Source: an uncultured Thiothrix sp. (lineage in GTDB: Bacteria > Pseudomonadota > Gammaproteobacteria > Thiotrichales > Thiotrichaceae). Taken from it: DNA of 64,000 nt. A model generated the notes under the pieces. The model made no database searches. It was not told where the DNA came from and saw only the letters and a program-made list of their open reading frames with translations. Positions 44,678 through 54,678 of this stretch are shown piece after piece. The stretch spans positions 5,713-69,712 of the forward strand of contig NZ_CALMZC010000058.1 of the NCBI RefSeq assembly GCF_937873765.1, in the 5' to 3' direction. Every line of letters begins with the position of its first letter. Positions within the stretch are counted from its first letter, which is position 1. The translations under genes were made by a program, and so were the position numbers.

Positions 44678-45163
44678 ATGGAGTGGTCGGAAGTAATTCA
44701 TAATCCTTTCTTGAAGGATTTACCTTTTAAAATTGAGCTAAATAAATTTGGTAAGTTGTTAATGAGTCCCGCCTCAAATAGTCATGGGCGTTTTCAAGGG
44801 CGGATTGCGGGCTTGCTGTGGCAAGGTTTACCAGATGGTGAAGTGATTACCGAGTGCTCTGTTCAAACCTCAGAAGGTGTTAAAGTGGCGGATGTTGCGT
44901 GGGCTTCTGCGGAGTTTATCGCTGAGTTTGCTTATGCCACACCATATCTTAAAGCGCCGGAGATTTGTGTTGAGATCGTGTCACCGTCCAATTCTAAGCT
45001 GGAGATTAGCGAAAAGGTTGATTTGTATTTAGCTAAGGGTGCTAAAGAGGTTTGGGTGGTTTATTTGGATAACCGCTTAGAGATTTTTTCACATGTCGGT
45101 TTAGTCGAACAAAGTATTTTTTTAGGGGATTTTAAGGAAAAATTTTTTAATTCAATAGGATGA
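44678..45163 (+). CDS. Uma2 (DUF820) family endonuclease-fold protein
   Basis: KVADVAW, APEICVEIVSPSN, YLAKGAKEVWVV. Confidence 0.88.
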   Translation: MEWSEVIHNPFLKDLPFKIELNKFGKLLMSPASNSHGRFQGRIAGLLWQGLPDGEVITECSVQTSEGVKVADVAWASAEFIAEFAYATPYLKAPEICVEIVSPSNSKLEISEKVDLYLAKGAKEVWVVYLDNRLEIFSHVGLVEQSIFLGDFKEKFFNSIG

Positions 45164-45219
45164 CTTGTCAGTAAACGACGTTAAATATTACAGCCATTAG
45201 GTTAAGAAAATAAGAGTTA

Positions 45220-45840
45220 TTATATTTCTAGCGGGTCAGCTAATCCGTATATTTTACAAAGACAATTGTTTTTTATGATAATTGGAGCTTGATAGTTAGA
45301 CCTCCCTATAAGATGCATACCCCCATCAATCAAGTCAGCCCAAGGCATTTTGGAGTGATAAGCATTATGCATGATAGAGAACTCTATTCTTTCGCGTTTT
45401 CTCTTTTCAACTACAGAAGCTATAAAAAGCCGATAAGCATTAAGTTCTTTATGAATAGCACTAACAAGATAGTCTTTATTCTCATAGAATAACTGCATAT
45501 TTTCTCTAGCATAGCTCCACCCATGCCAAAGTTCTTGGCGAATGCCTTGTTTTGCGAGGTCAATATCAAGAATAGTATAAGACCCATTCATATATGCACG
45601 CGTATGCTGGTAAATACGTTTTTTTGTTGAGCTAGTTACACCAACAGAACGCAAAATATAACCATCTCGGTATTCAAATGTTAGCAAGTAAACGCCTGCA
45701 ATATCTGGAAGAGACGGTAGTCGATTCACCTGTTCGTATTTAGGCCAAGAAAACGGGCCTGACCATTGAAGCTCTTCAGTCAAAATTAGTTCGCTATCTC
45801 TGGAGCGATTAAAGCTCCAGAATTTGGGTAAATCTTGCAT
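45220..45840 (-). CDS. Hypothetical protein, possible divergent GIY-YIG nuclease
   Basis: PDIAGVYLL...RSVGVTSSTKKRIYQH...RERIE; AT-rich relative to neighbours. Confidence 0.5.
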   Translation of the reverse strand: MQDLPKFWSFNRSRDSELILTEELQWSGPFSWPKYEQVNRLPSLPDIAGVYLLTFEYRDGYILRSVGVTSSTKKRIYQHTRAYMNGSYTILDIDLAKQGIRQELWHGWSYARENMQLFYENKDYLVSAIHKELNAYRLFIASVVEKRKRERIEFSIMHNAYHSKMPWADLIDGGMHLIGRSNYQAPIIIKNNCLCKIYGLADPLEI

Positions 45841-45920
45841 GTTTATAAATAAGAATTTACTGCTAGACCTAAATCTTACCCCCCATCACCTGCATTAAGA
45901 ATGGAGGGTAAGAAGTAGTT

Positions 45921-48900
45921 TTACTCCATCTCCACCACTAAATCCCCTTGCTCCACCAACTCACCTTGATGCAGATGAATTTGTTTCACTTTACCTGCAG
46001 TGGGTGCAGTAATCGTTGTTTCCATTTTCATGGCTTCGATGACAAATAGCGGGGTATTTTGCTCCACTTCTTGGCCGGGTTTGACCATGATTGCGGAGAG
46101 TTTACCTTGTAGTGAAGTACCGATTTCTTTTTCACCCACCGCTTTACGATTGCTCGCTTTGGTCGGTTTGACAGAAAGATCACGCACTTGTACTGAACGA
46201 ATCTGGCCGTTGAAGTCGAAAGTGACGATACAATTGCCGTTTTCATCTGCATCCGAGCGATACAACAAGCGGATGATTAAGACTTTACCTTGACCTAATT
46301 CAACTAAGACTTCTTCATTGAGCTTCAGGCCGTAGAAGAATAGTGGCGTGGGTAAATGGCTTACATCCCCGTATTCCTGCTGGTGTTTATAAAACTCTTT
46401 ATAAACAGCGGGATACATTTTGTAGGATAAGAAATCGAGGAAGCTACGATCCACATCAAATTCTTGTTTGAAGGCCGCGAATTCAGCGTCCAAATCAACC
46501 GGTTGCAGGTGATCATTCGGGCGACCTGCATTCGGCTTGTCACCTTTTAGCACAATGTCACTGAGTTGAGTCGGGAAACCGCCGGGGACTTGCCCCAAAC
46601 CACCTTTGAACAGATCAATCACTGAATCAGGGAAGGCGAGGGTGCTACCACGTTCCATCACATCTTGTTCGGTCAGGCTATTCGAGGTCATGTAAATCGC
46701 CATGTCACCGACCACTTTGGAAGAGGGGGTCACTTTGACAATATCACCGAACATACGATTCACTACCGCATAGTTTTCTTTCACTTCCTCAAACTTATGC
46801 TCCAAACCTAGTGCTATCGCTTGGGGACGTAGGTTCGAGTATTGACCGCCCGGAATTTCGTGATTGTAAACTTCCGCCGTTCCAGCTTTTAAGCCCGATT
46901 CAAACGGATAGTACATTTCACGCACATCTTCCCAGTAGTTTGCATAATCATTCAGTGAGCGCAGATCAAATTTCTGTTCACGCGGATGGCCTTCCATTGC
47001 CGCAATCAGTGAGTTTAAGTTCACTTGCGAAGTTAAGCCAGACATGGAACTCATACAACCATCGACCACATCAACACCACATTCAATCGCTTTGAGTAAG
47101 GTCGCGGCTTGGATTGAAGCGGTATCGTGGGTATGCAGATGAATCGGAATGCTCACCGCTTCTTTCAAAGCAGGGATGAGCTTCGCCGCCGCATACGGCT
47201 TCAATAGACCCGCCATATCCTTGACTGCGAGCATATGTGCACCCGCATCTTCGAGCTGTTTAGCCAGATCGAGATAATATTGCAGGTTGTATTTATAGCC
47301 GGGGTCAGTACGCAGCACATCGCCGGTATAGCAAATCGTTCCTTCCGCAATCCCGCCAGTGCGCTCGCGTACCACTTGAATGGATTTACGCATACCTTCA
47401 ATCCAGTTCAGGGAATCGAAAATACGGAAGACATCAATGCCTTGTTCCCATGACTTTTCGATGAAGGCTTGAATTAGATTATCAGGGTAAGCGGTATAAC
47501 CGACCGCGTTTGAGCCACGGAAGAGCATTTGGAATAGAATATTCGGCACGGCTTCGCGCAATAATTTCAAGCGATCCCACGGGCATTCATGTAGGAAGCG
47601 CATGGAGACGTCAAAAGTCGCGCCGCCCCACATTTCCAAAGAGAATAGCTGCGGATGGTTTTTCGCAAAGCCTTCAGCGACGCGCAACATATCATCCGTC
47701 CGCACGCGGGTGGCGAGTAAAGACTGATGCGCATCGCGCATGGTCGTGTCGGTGTAGAAAATATTCGGCTGCTCTTTCACCCATTGGCAGAATTTCTCTG
47801 CACCCATTTCCGTTAGTAGATTTTTTGTACCTTTTGGATACTCACCAACCACAGGGAAATCAGGAATAATTGGCTTGCGGAAATGCTTATTCGGATTCGG
47901 ATTTTTAACATCCGGATTACCATTCACGGTGACATTCGCCACGAACTTGAGCGTTTTTGTGCCACGGTCAAAACGTTGTGGGGTGTGGAATAGTTCTGGA
48001 TGTTGGTCAATAAAAGTAACGGTACATTTGCCATCCGCAAACACGGGATGCTCTAGAACATTTTCTAAGAAGCCAATATTGGTTTTGACCCCGCGAATCC
48101 GAAACTCTTTTAAACCGCGCAGGTTACGGCTAATCGCGCCATCTAAAGTCCGACCCCATGAGGTGACTTTAACTAGCATCGAGTCAAAGAATGGCGATAC
48201 TTTTGCCCCCGGATAAGCTGCACCCACATCTAAGCGAATCCCGAAACCACCCGTGGAGCGGTAAGCGATAATCGTACCGTAATCCGGTTTGAAACCATTT
48301 TCAGGGTCTTCAGTCGTAATCCGACATTGCACCGCATAGCCATTGCAGCGAATTTCATCCTGCGAATTAATATTAATGCCGTTGTCGCTGAGTTTGCGCC
48401 CATCCGCCACTAAAATTTGGCTACGCACAATATCGATGCCAGTAATTTGTTCAGTGATGGTGTGCTCGACTTGCACCCGTGGATTCACTTCAATGAAGTA
48501 AATATTTTCCTCAGCATCGACTAAAAACTCGACCGTACCGGCACAGGAATAATTAACATAGCGGGTAATCGCTAAGGCATAGTCATAGAGTTTCTGGCGA
48601 GTTTCATCTTTTAAACCCGTGCTTGGAGCGACTTCCACCACTTTCTGGAAGCGGCGTTGCACAGAGCAATCACGTTCATACAAGTGGATTAAGTTGCCGT
48701 GCGTATCGCCAAGGATTTGTACTTCGATGTGCTTGGGCGAGTCGATATATTTTTCTAAGAAAACAGTGTTATCGCCGAAGGCTTTGAGGGCTTCATTGCG
48801 TGCATCATTATAGGCTTTCTCTAATTCATGGGGTTTACGTAAGACGCGCATTCCACGCCCACCACCACCAGCCGCCGCTTTCATCATCAGCGGATAACCA

Positions 48901-49364
48901 ATGCGATCTGCTTCTTTACGCGCAATCTCTAAACTATTCAAGGGCTCTTGGCTGTCTTGAATAATAGGCAGACCAGCAGCGATGGCGATTTCTTTAGCAG
49001 CGACTTTATCGCCAAGTTTTTCCATGGCTTCTGGGCTAGGGCCCACGAAAACAATGCCCTCTTCACGGCAGCGGCGGGCAAAGCGCACATTTTCCGATAA
49101 GAAGCCATAGCCGGGGTGAATCGCCGACACGCCATGACGTTTAGCAATCTGAATAATGCCTTCGATATCGAGATAAGGCTTCAATGGCTCATCATCTGCA
49201 CCAATTTGGTAAGCTTCGTCTGCCTTATAACGGTGCGGCGAAAAGCGATCTTCGTAGGTATAAATTGAGACAGTTTTAAGCCCAAGCTCTGCCGCAGCAC
49301 GCAAAATCCGAATGGCAATCTCGCCACGATTGGCGATGAGCAGCTTTTTAATCTTCAAACCCAT
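45921..49364 (-). CDS. pyc: Pyruvate carboxylase, single polypeptide
   Basis: ANRGEIA, HPGYGFLSEN (BC); DTTMRDAHQSLLATR, WGGATFD (CT); EAMKME biotin site. Confidence 0.97.
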   Translation of the reverse strand: MGLKIKKLLIANRGEIAIRILRAAAELGLKTVSIYTYEDRFSPHRYKADEAYQIGADDEPLKPYLDIEGIIQIAKRHGVSAIHPGYGFLSENVRFARRCREEGIVFVGPSPEAMEKLGDKVAAKEIAIAAGLPIIQDSQEPLNSLEIARKEADRIGYPLMMKAAAGGGGRGMRVLRKPHELEKAYNDARNEALKAFGDNTVFLEKYIDSPKHIEVQILGDTHGNLIHLYERDCSVQRRFQKVVEVAPSTGLKDETRQKLYDYALAITRYVNYSCAGTVEFLVDAEENIYFIEVNPRVQVEHTITEQITGIDIVRSQILVADGRKLSDNGININSQDEIRCNGYAVQCRITTEDPENGFKPDYGTIIAYRSTGGFGIRLDVGAAYPGAKVSPFFDSMLVKVTSWGRTLDGAISRNLRGLKEFRIRGVKTNIGFLENVLEHPVFADGKCTVTFIDQHPELFHTPQRFDRGTKTLKFVANVTVNGNPDVKNPNPNKHFRKPIIPDFPVVGEYPKGTKNLLTEMGAEKFCQWVKEQPNIFYTDTTMRDAHQSLLATRVRTDDMLRVAEGFAKNHPQLFSLEMWGGATFDVSMRFLHECPWDRLKLLREAVPNILFQMLFRGSNAVGYTAYPDNLIQAFIEKSWEQGIDVFRIFDSLNWIEGMRKSIQVVRERTGGIAEGTICYTGDVLRTDPGYKYNLQYYLDLAKQLEDAGAHMLAVKDMAGLLKPYAAAKLIPALKEAVSIPIHLHTHDTASIQAATLLKAIECGVDVVDGCMSSMSGLTSQVNLNSLIAAMEGHPREQKFDLRSLNDYANYWEDVREMYYPFESGLKAGTAEVYNHEIPGGQYSNLRPQAIALGLEHKFEEVKENYAVVNRMFGDIVKVTPSSKVVGDMAIYMTSNSLTEQDVMERGSTLAFPDSVIDLFKGGLGQVPGGFPTQLSDIVLKGDKPNAGRPNDHLQPVDLDAEFAAFKQEFDVDRSFLDFLSYKMYPAVYKEFYKHQQEYGDVSHLPTPLFFYGLKLNEEVLVELGQGKVLIIRLLYRSDADENGNCIVTFDFNGQIRSVQVRDLSVKPTKASNRKAVGEKEIGTSLQGKLSAIMVKPGQEVEQNTPLFVIEAMKMETTITAPTAGKVKQIHLHQGELVEQGDLVVEME

Positions 49365-49459
49365 GTAAACTTAACCTCGTAACTAAGATGTAAACCCAGC
49401 CTAACAGGGTGTAGCACAGTTTTTATGTGCGGCTAGTATAGCGATTTTAAGAAAGCGAG

Positions 49460-49475
49460 GCAGGATTCATGCCAG
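49460..49475 (-). promoter_or_regulatory. Possible sigma54 promoter for pyc
   Basis: Minus strand CTGGCAT-GAATC-CTGC (GG-N10-GC), about 95 bp upstream of the ATG. Confidence 0.35.
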
Positions 49476-49500
49476 TTTTTGCATACATGTGGCTAGGTAT

Positions 49501-50337
49501 TTAGAGAACTCTTGATCCATATAGACGCACCACCGCCCAGCGTCGTTGCCACCGCCGACTTTTCACAAAGAAGCGCTTAATACTTTGCCAAGCTGTCAAA
49601 CGAAAGCCTTGATAGCGTCCCGGAATATCAGAATCGCCACGAGTTTGCTCAATCAAAGGTTGGCTTAAGAATGCTTGTCTCAGCAATCCATCGCTATAAC
49701 GCCAAACTAAATCGATAGGAAAATACAATTTGTCGCTTTGTGCTAAAAAGGCTTTCGCCGCCTCTAAAGAGACAATATATCCGCTACCCAAGGCGGGTGC
49801 AGGGTCACATTCACATAAAATCATCGCTGGGTTGATTGGATTTAGTTTGAAAATCCGCCAACGTCGGCGCCATTCAAGTTTGCGCCATAAGCTACGAGCA
49901 CTTTGCCAAAGTAAGGGGCGCTCCAAAATTTGCTGATTCAGCAAGCTATTTAAAGCACTTACTTCTAAAGGATAAGGTTCGGCTGAAGATAAATTCACAA
50001 AATCATAAGCTGTATAGACTTTAGTGTTTAGAAATTCAATCAGTTTAGGATTAAGGCTAATATCGTCTTCTAATATCAGAGCAAATGGCATATTGTGTAC
50101 AATCATTTGTTTCCAAATCAGGCGATGTGACTCTGCACAACCGATTTCACCCATCACCGCCGGTTTCTTTTGTTCTAAGAGGAAGCGCTCTTTTTGTAGC
50201 AAGGGGTAGTCAGCAGGTAATTGGTTACCATCGACTGCACTAATACGCTGAAACTCAAGACCTAATTGCTCTAATTGAGTTTTAACCTGTTCCAAACGAT
50301 CAGGGCGACGATCTAAATTAATGAGGAAAATCTGCAT
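49501..50337 (-). CDS. Glycosyltransferase family 25
   Basis: IFLINLDRRPDR, GEIGCAESH, ILEDD. Confidence 0.88.
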   Translation of the reverse strand: MQIFLINLDRRPDRLEQVKTQLEQLGLEFQRISAVDGNQLPADYPLLQKERFLLEQKKPAVMGEIGCAESHRLIWKQMIVHNMPFALILEDDISLNPKLIEFLNTKVYTAYDFVNLSSAEPYPLEVSALNSLLNQQILERPLLWQSARSLWRKLEWRRRWRIFKLNPINPAMILCECDPAPALGSGYIVSLEAAKAFLAQSDKLYFPIDLVWRYSDGLLRQAFLSQPLIEQTRGDSDIPGRYQGFRLTAWQSIKRFFVKSRRWQRRWAVVRLYGSRVL

Positions 50338-50341
50338 GGCG

Positions 50342-51448
50342 TTAAAGCATAGGTGTGTTGGCAGGAGTGGTTTGAGCTAAGTATTGTTCGGCAGCATAAC
50401 TAGGCGCAAATTCTGGCCTTAATGCAACTTGGAAGGCTGCTGGATTTTGGTTTAAAGCTTGAAGTTTGTCAGCAAAACCTTGTAGATCATCAATTGCGAC
50501 CAAATTAGCCGCTGGCAGAATTTCATTCGGGCCAGAAGGGCAGTCCGTGCTAATGACCGAAACTTTGAGGGCTAGTGCTTCTAAAATTACCAGCCCTAGT
50601 CCTTCAAAATCAGAGGAAAGCAACAAACCCTTAGCGCCTGCAATCAGTGGATAAGGATTAGAATGAAAGCCTTCAAAGATTACTCGCTCACTAATCCCCA
50701 ATTCTTTAGCCAGTTCTTGGGTGGTAGCGAGTAACTCACCTTGACCAACTAGTACTAGCGGCGTTTGTACCGAACTTAGTGCATAAGCACGCAAGAGTCG
50801 ATCATGGCGTTTAGCCTGCTTAAATTTACCCACGTGAATAAAATACTCAGGCAGTTTAATGGGATTAGGCTCTTGAGCTGCTTCAGCAATTAACTCTAAA
50901 TCGACGGGATTATAAATACACAAGGCTTGTTTTTGTTGCGGCACAAGCTGCTGTAAGTCTTCAAGCACGCCACGGCTCACTGCAATGCAAGATTTACGTG
51001 CGTAAATCGAAGCAAGCATTGAGCGTAATTCGCTTTGTTTTGCAGGTTTAGCCGTCGCTAATAGTTCTTGCGAGAGCGTGTTGTGTACGACGAGCTGCAC
51101 ATTTGGCAATTGGCTATGGCTCAGAATGCGGTCAGCAGGTAGGAGATTGGATAAAACTAAATCAGGTGTCCCCGTTTTGAGGCGAATAAACCGATCCAAT
51201 AAAGGTGCAACGACTCGCCCTCGAATTGAACGCGGTAGCCAGCGTAAAAATTGCAAAGGGAAGATATGCGTCTGAATGGTCTGTTTGCTACGCAACTCTT
51301 GGAAGCGCTTGAAGCAAATAATATGACAAGTTTGCCCGTAGGCTTGTAGCTCATCGGCTAAGGTCAAAACCACCCGTTCAGCCCCATTGCCTTTGAGGTT
51401 TGGAATAACAAAGACAAAGGTCTTGACGGGTTTTGTCTGAGCGTTCAG
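50342..51448 (-). CDS. Glycosyltransferase family 4; probable CTG start
   Basis: FVFVIPNLKGNGAERV lies upstream of the tracked GTG; HVGKFKQAKRH, SSDFEGLGLVILEA, STDCPSGP. Confidence 0.85.
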   Translation of the reverse strand: MNAQTKPVKTFVFVIPNLKGNGAERVVLTLADELQAYGQTCHIICFKRFQELRSKQTIQTHIFPLQFLRWLPRSIRGRVVAPLLDRFIRLKTGTPDLVLSNLLPADRILSHSQLPNVQLVVHNTLSQELLATAKPAKQSELRSMLASIYARKSCIAVSRGVLEDLQQLVPQQKQALCIYNPVDLELIAEAAQEPNPIKLPEYFIHVGKFKQAKRHDRLLRAYALSSVQTPLVLVGQGELLATTQELAKELGISERVIFEGFHSNPYPLIAGAKGLLLSSDFEGLGLVILEALALKVSVISTDCPSGPNEILPAANLVAIDDLQGFADKLQALNQNPAAFQVALRPEFAPSYAAEQYLAQTTPANTPML

Positions 51449-52239
51449 ACAAAATCCTCCGGCCTGAGTTGAATAGATCGTTTTTGGGCTTTACTCATCA
51501 CCGATAAATGCCGCAAGCCCATTTTAGTTTGCGAGGCTAAGCGCCTGAATTTGAAGCGTACTTGCTCAATGGGGTTTGCATAGGTCGGTTTAGGTTTAGC
51601 TTCCGCCAAAATGGAGGATACGGTTGGAATTGTATTGGTGACTTCGTAGGCTTCGCATTGGTCCAATTGAATCGCGGCTGCAGGCTCCAGTTGGTACATG
51701 TTCAATTCATAAGTGCTGGAGATGAAAGCATCAGCCAAAGCGGCTGGGCTAGCGCTCGCTTTATCCAATAGGACACGGGCAGCTTGCGGCCAGAGGATAT
51801 AAGCCGCTGCTCCAGTACGATCTTGATAAAGAGGCAAGAGCTTAAATTCATCGATTAGGGTTTCCCCTTCACCGACAATTTTTTGTCGCCCCCGTACTTC
51901 GAGGGTAATCAAATCACAGTCATCACGCTTTTCTAATAAGTTGAGCAGAATCGGGGTATAACGTGATAAGAGAGCATCATCCTCTAGAATCAAGGTAGGC
52001 TGGTTCTTTTTAAGTACCCACTGCCAAGCCTTATGATGGCTTAAAAAACAAGCCAATTCAGTGCGGCGCAGCGGTCGCTCCCAACCCATCGAAAGCTGGC
52101 AATGCGTCGTTTCATTAATATATGTGGTCGAGATCGCTTTTAGGACTTCGTAATTCAGGCCTAAACGTAGCATTTGCTTTTGTTGAAAAGCGAGTCGATC
52201 AGTAGCTTCAGCTAAGTTAATGATTAACACGTTCATCAA
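51445..52239 (-). CDS. Glycosyltransferase family 25
   Basis: LIINLAEATDR, ELACFLSH, ILEDD. Confidence 0.88.
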   Translation of the reverse strand: MMNVLIINLAEATDRLAFQQKQMLRLGLNYEVLKAISTTYINETTHCQLSMGWERPLRRTELACFLSHHKAWQWVLKKNQPTLILEDDALLSRYTPILLNLLEKRDDCDLITLEVRGRQKIVGEGETLIDEFKLLPLYQDRTGAAAYILWPQAARVLLDKASASPAALADAFISSTYELNMYQLEPAAAIQLDQCEAYEVTNTIPTVSSILAEAKPKPTYANPIEQVRFKFRRLASQTKMGLRHLSVMSKAQKRSIQLRPEDFV

Positions 52240-52242
52240 AAA

Positions 52243-52983
52243 TCACCACCAAGCCGTTTTCGCCCGTGTATGGCGCTGGCGAAAGCGTTGGTAAACAGTA
52301 TCATGGGTTTGTAGGCGCTGGAAAAGCTCAGCTAAGACCAAACCCATGGGGTTAGTTTGGCTGAGAGCATCTAAACGCCAGCGTAAGTTGCGTAAAGTAT
52401 CATCCGTACCAACCGCAAAGGCCGAGGTACCATCAAACAAAGCAACTCGTCCAGCTTGAAGTTGTTGTTGGCGTTCAGCTTGGTCAGTTAAGTGTTCGGC
52501 CGCTTGTAAATAACGCTCGGTTTCCTGCAGCTTAATGGTATTTACTAATAAGGACACTGCTAGTGCTAGTGCGCGTGTACTTGCATCCTTTGAGTGATCG
52601 GCAAATGTATCTGCGGCTGCAACTAACCAGCGCGTATTCAAATGCTCGCGTAAAAACTCAGCTTCGCTATCCCAGAGTCGTTCAAATAGCGCAAATTGTT
52701 CAGCGACTTGATACTCGCGCCGGATCAAGACAATCAGTTGCGCATGGTAGTATAAAAGCTCAGCCTGACCCGCAAACTCAGCCCGCAAGTTGTGCAAATG
52801 TTGGGTAATATCTTTAGTTGCACCGTGGGTATAAACTTGTTCAGTGTCGCTAATGAGCTGAATCTTAAGTGCCGAATAATCTGAAGTTCGCAAAGCAGTG
52901 GCAGCTTGACTAGCACCAAAGCGTTTACGGTGTTGGTTGAAGGAGAGCCAGCGCTCTAAACGAGATTTTTTGCGTGCTGCCAT
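52243..52983 (-). CDS. Conserved hypothetical protein inside the LPS glycosyltransferase operon
   Basis: Start at MAARKKS, 8 nt after the upstream stop; HAQLIVLIRR, LNTRWLVAAADTF, GTDDTLRN; ends in WW. Confidence 0.75.
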   Translation of the reverse strand: MAARKKSRLERWLSFNQHRKRFGASQAATALRTSDYSALKIQLISDTEQVYTHGATKDITQHLHNLRAEFAGQAELLYYHAQLIVLIRREYQVAEQFALFERLWDSEAEFLREHLNTRWLVAAADTFADHSKDASTRALALAVSLLVNTIKLQETERYLQAAEHLTDQAERQQQLQAGRVALFDGTSAFAVGTDDTLRNLRWRLDALSQTNPMGLVLAELFQRLQTHDTVYQRFRQRHTRAKTAWW

Positions 52984-52991
52984 ATCAATTC

Positions 52992-53723
52992 CTAAGCCCG
53001 CCAATAATCCGCGACCCATTGAGTCGGGCGCACCGGTCGATACCATTTATGGGTGATACCTTGAATCGCTTCATGCGGTTCAGGATGGCCGTGGAAGATA
53101 ATAATTTTTGCCCCTGTAGGAATTTTAGCGTCTTGAAAATAAGCCCAAGGCCAAGACTGCATACAATGATATTTAAAACTTGGACACCAAGTTTCTGGCC
53201 AGAAGCTTAACTCGTCACGCTGATGAATTTCGTGAGATAAATAAGCCTGTTCATTGCGAAAGGTTTGTTGTATTTCTGCATATTGCTTACGAAACTTATC
53301 AAGTACGGCTTGATAGCGCCCCACTTTAAAGCGGTACACAGAAGAGTTGCCAATCATATGCCGCTTAAGTTTCGCATCGCGGATAATCGCAAATTCAGCC
53401 GGATAACTAAACAGCTCATCAATATTGTCAACAATCACGACATCGAGATCGAGGAATAAAACATCCCCACTCAAGCCACCTAAATCAACTTGCAGGGTAG
53501 TGAGTTTATTCCAACCCCGTTCAGGTGCACATGCTGGTAGCTCTAGGGTAGGTAGTGCACCGATACGAACACGTCCATCAATACCGCTAGGGTCATCGGT
53601 AAAGCAAGTCAATTGGAAGGGTAGGGTAATATGTCGTGCAATCATGGCATAGAGCGTATTGACGTAATGAGCGCCATACTTGCCCCCCCATTTCATGCAA
53701 ATGATATTAACTGGTAAGTTCAA
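52992..53723 (-). CDS. Putative GT-A fold glycosyltransferase (IICMKWG family)
   Basis: NIICMKWGGKYG, LFLDLDVVI DxD motif, FHGHPEP; TTG start at 53723 is inferred. Confidence 0.75.
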   Translation of the reverse strand: MNLPVNIICMKWGGKYGAHYVNTLYAMIARHITLPFQLTCFTDDPSGIDGRVRIGALPTLELPACAPERGWNKLTTLQVDLGGLSGDVLFLDLDVVIVDNIDELFSYPAEFAIIRDAKLKRHMIGNSSVYRFKVGRYQAVLDKFRKQYAEIQQTFRNEQAYLSHEIHQRDELSFWPETWCPSFKYHCMQSWPWAYFQDAKIPTGAKIIIFHGHPEPHEAIQGITHKWYRPVRPTQWVADYWRA

Positions 53724-53913
53724 ACCGAGTAGCCCTTCAAGAAATCTTGTTGCAAAAAAGCACTTTTGGCAAAACGTCCAAAGCATACACTGCATGCCAT
53801 TTTAAAACTAGCCTAAGGCTTTTTATCAGTTACGATAGCTTATTGAATAAGCTTTCAGTAAGTTAGTATATATTCCCCTATAATCAATTGAATAAACATA
53901 ACAGGAGTAGCGT

Positions 53914-54609
53914 ATGGCAAATCTCAGAGTAGTCGGTGCTGGTGATTCAATTAGCTGGTATCAAGGTGGCTGGAAGATTTTTACCGCAAACATAGCCAAT
54001 TGGGTGCTGATGACCCTGATCTTAGGGGTGATTGCGATTGTTTTAAGCTTTATTCCTTTCATTGGCGCTATCGCCTTGTATCTGTTGTTGCCGCTATTTT
54101 TAGGCGGTATGTTTTACTCTGCACAGAAGCTAGATCAAGGGCGAGAGGCTGAGATTATGGATATTTTTGCCCTGTTTAAGGATCAACAACGTCTTACTCC
54201 GCTGATTATTCTGGGTTTGATTATGCTGGGTATTGGTTTTGTCAGTATGATGCTGATTGGTGGGATGATGTTTGCTTCCGTAAGCTCCATGGCTGCTGGA
54301 GCAGAAATGCCGATGATGCCCTCCATTGGTATGGGCGGAATTTTAGTCGCTCTGATTGTCATGGTCTTAAGTGGTATGTTGTTTCTGTTTGCAACACCAC
54401 TCATCGTATTTCAAAATATGTCACCGATTGATGCTATTAAAAACAGCTTTATGGGTTGCGTGAAAAACTTTCCTGCCTTTATTATCTTTATGTTGATTTA
54501 TATGGTTTTGGCATTTATTGCTGCGATTCCTTTTGGCTTGGGTTTGCTGGTCTTAGTGCCAGTGTTTCTTGCGGCCACTTATATGGGCTATAAGCGTATT
54601 TTTGCTTAA
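53914..54609 (+). CDS. BPSS1780-like membrane protein
   Basis: VGAGDSISWYQGGWKIF; multiple TM helices; IPFGLGLLVLVPV. Confidence 0.75.
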   Translation: MANLRVVGAGDSISWYQGGWKIFTANIANWVLMTLILGVIAIVLSFIPFIGAIALYLLLPLFLGGMFYSAQKLDQGREAEIMDIFALFKDQQRLTPLIILGLIMLGIGFVSMMLIGGMMFASVSSMAAGAEMPMMPSIGMGGILVALIVMVLSGMLFLFATPLIVFQNMSPIDAIKNSFMGCVKNFPAFIIFMLIYMVLAFIAAIPFGLGLLVLVPVFLAATYMGYKRIFA

Positions 54610-54636
54610 CTCACCCAATAAATTATAAATCCGCTA

Positions 54637-54669
54637 AAATCGCCTGTCTGAACTTTCTACAGGCGATTT
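54637..54669 (+). terminator. Hairpin between the BPSS1780-like gene and waaA
   Basis: AAATCGCCTGT/ACAGGCGATTT 11-bp stem. Confidence 0.55.
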
Positions 54670-54678
54670 CCTTACCTT

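Noticed and set aside
41809-45900. Intact integrative element at tRNA-Gly
   Set aside because: No integrase and no duplicated tRNA 3' end were found.
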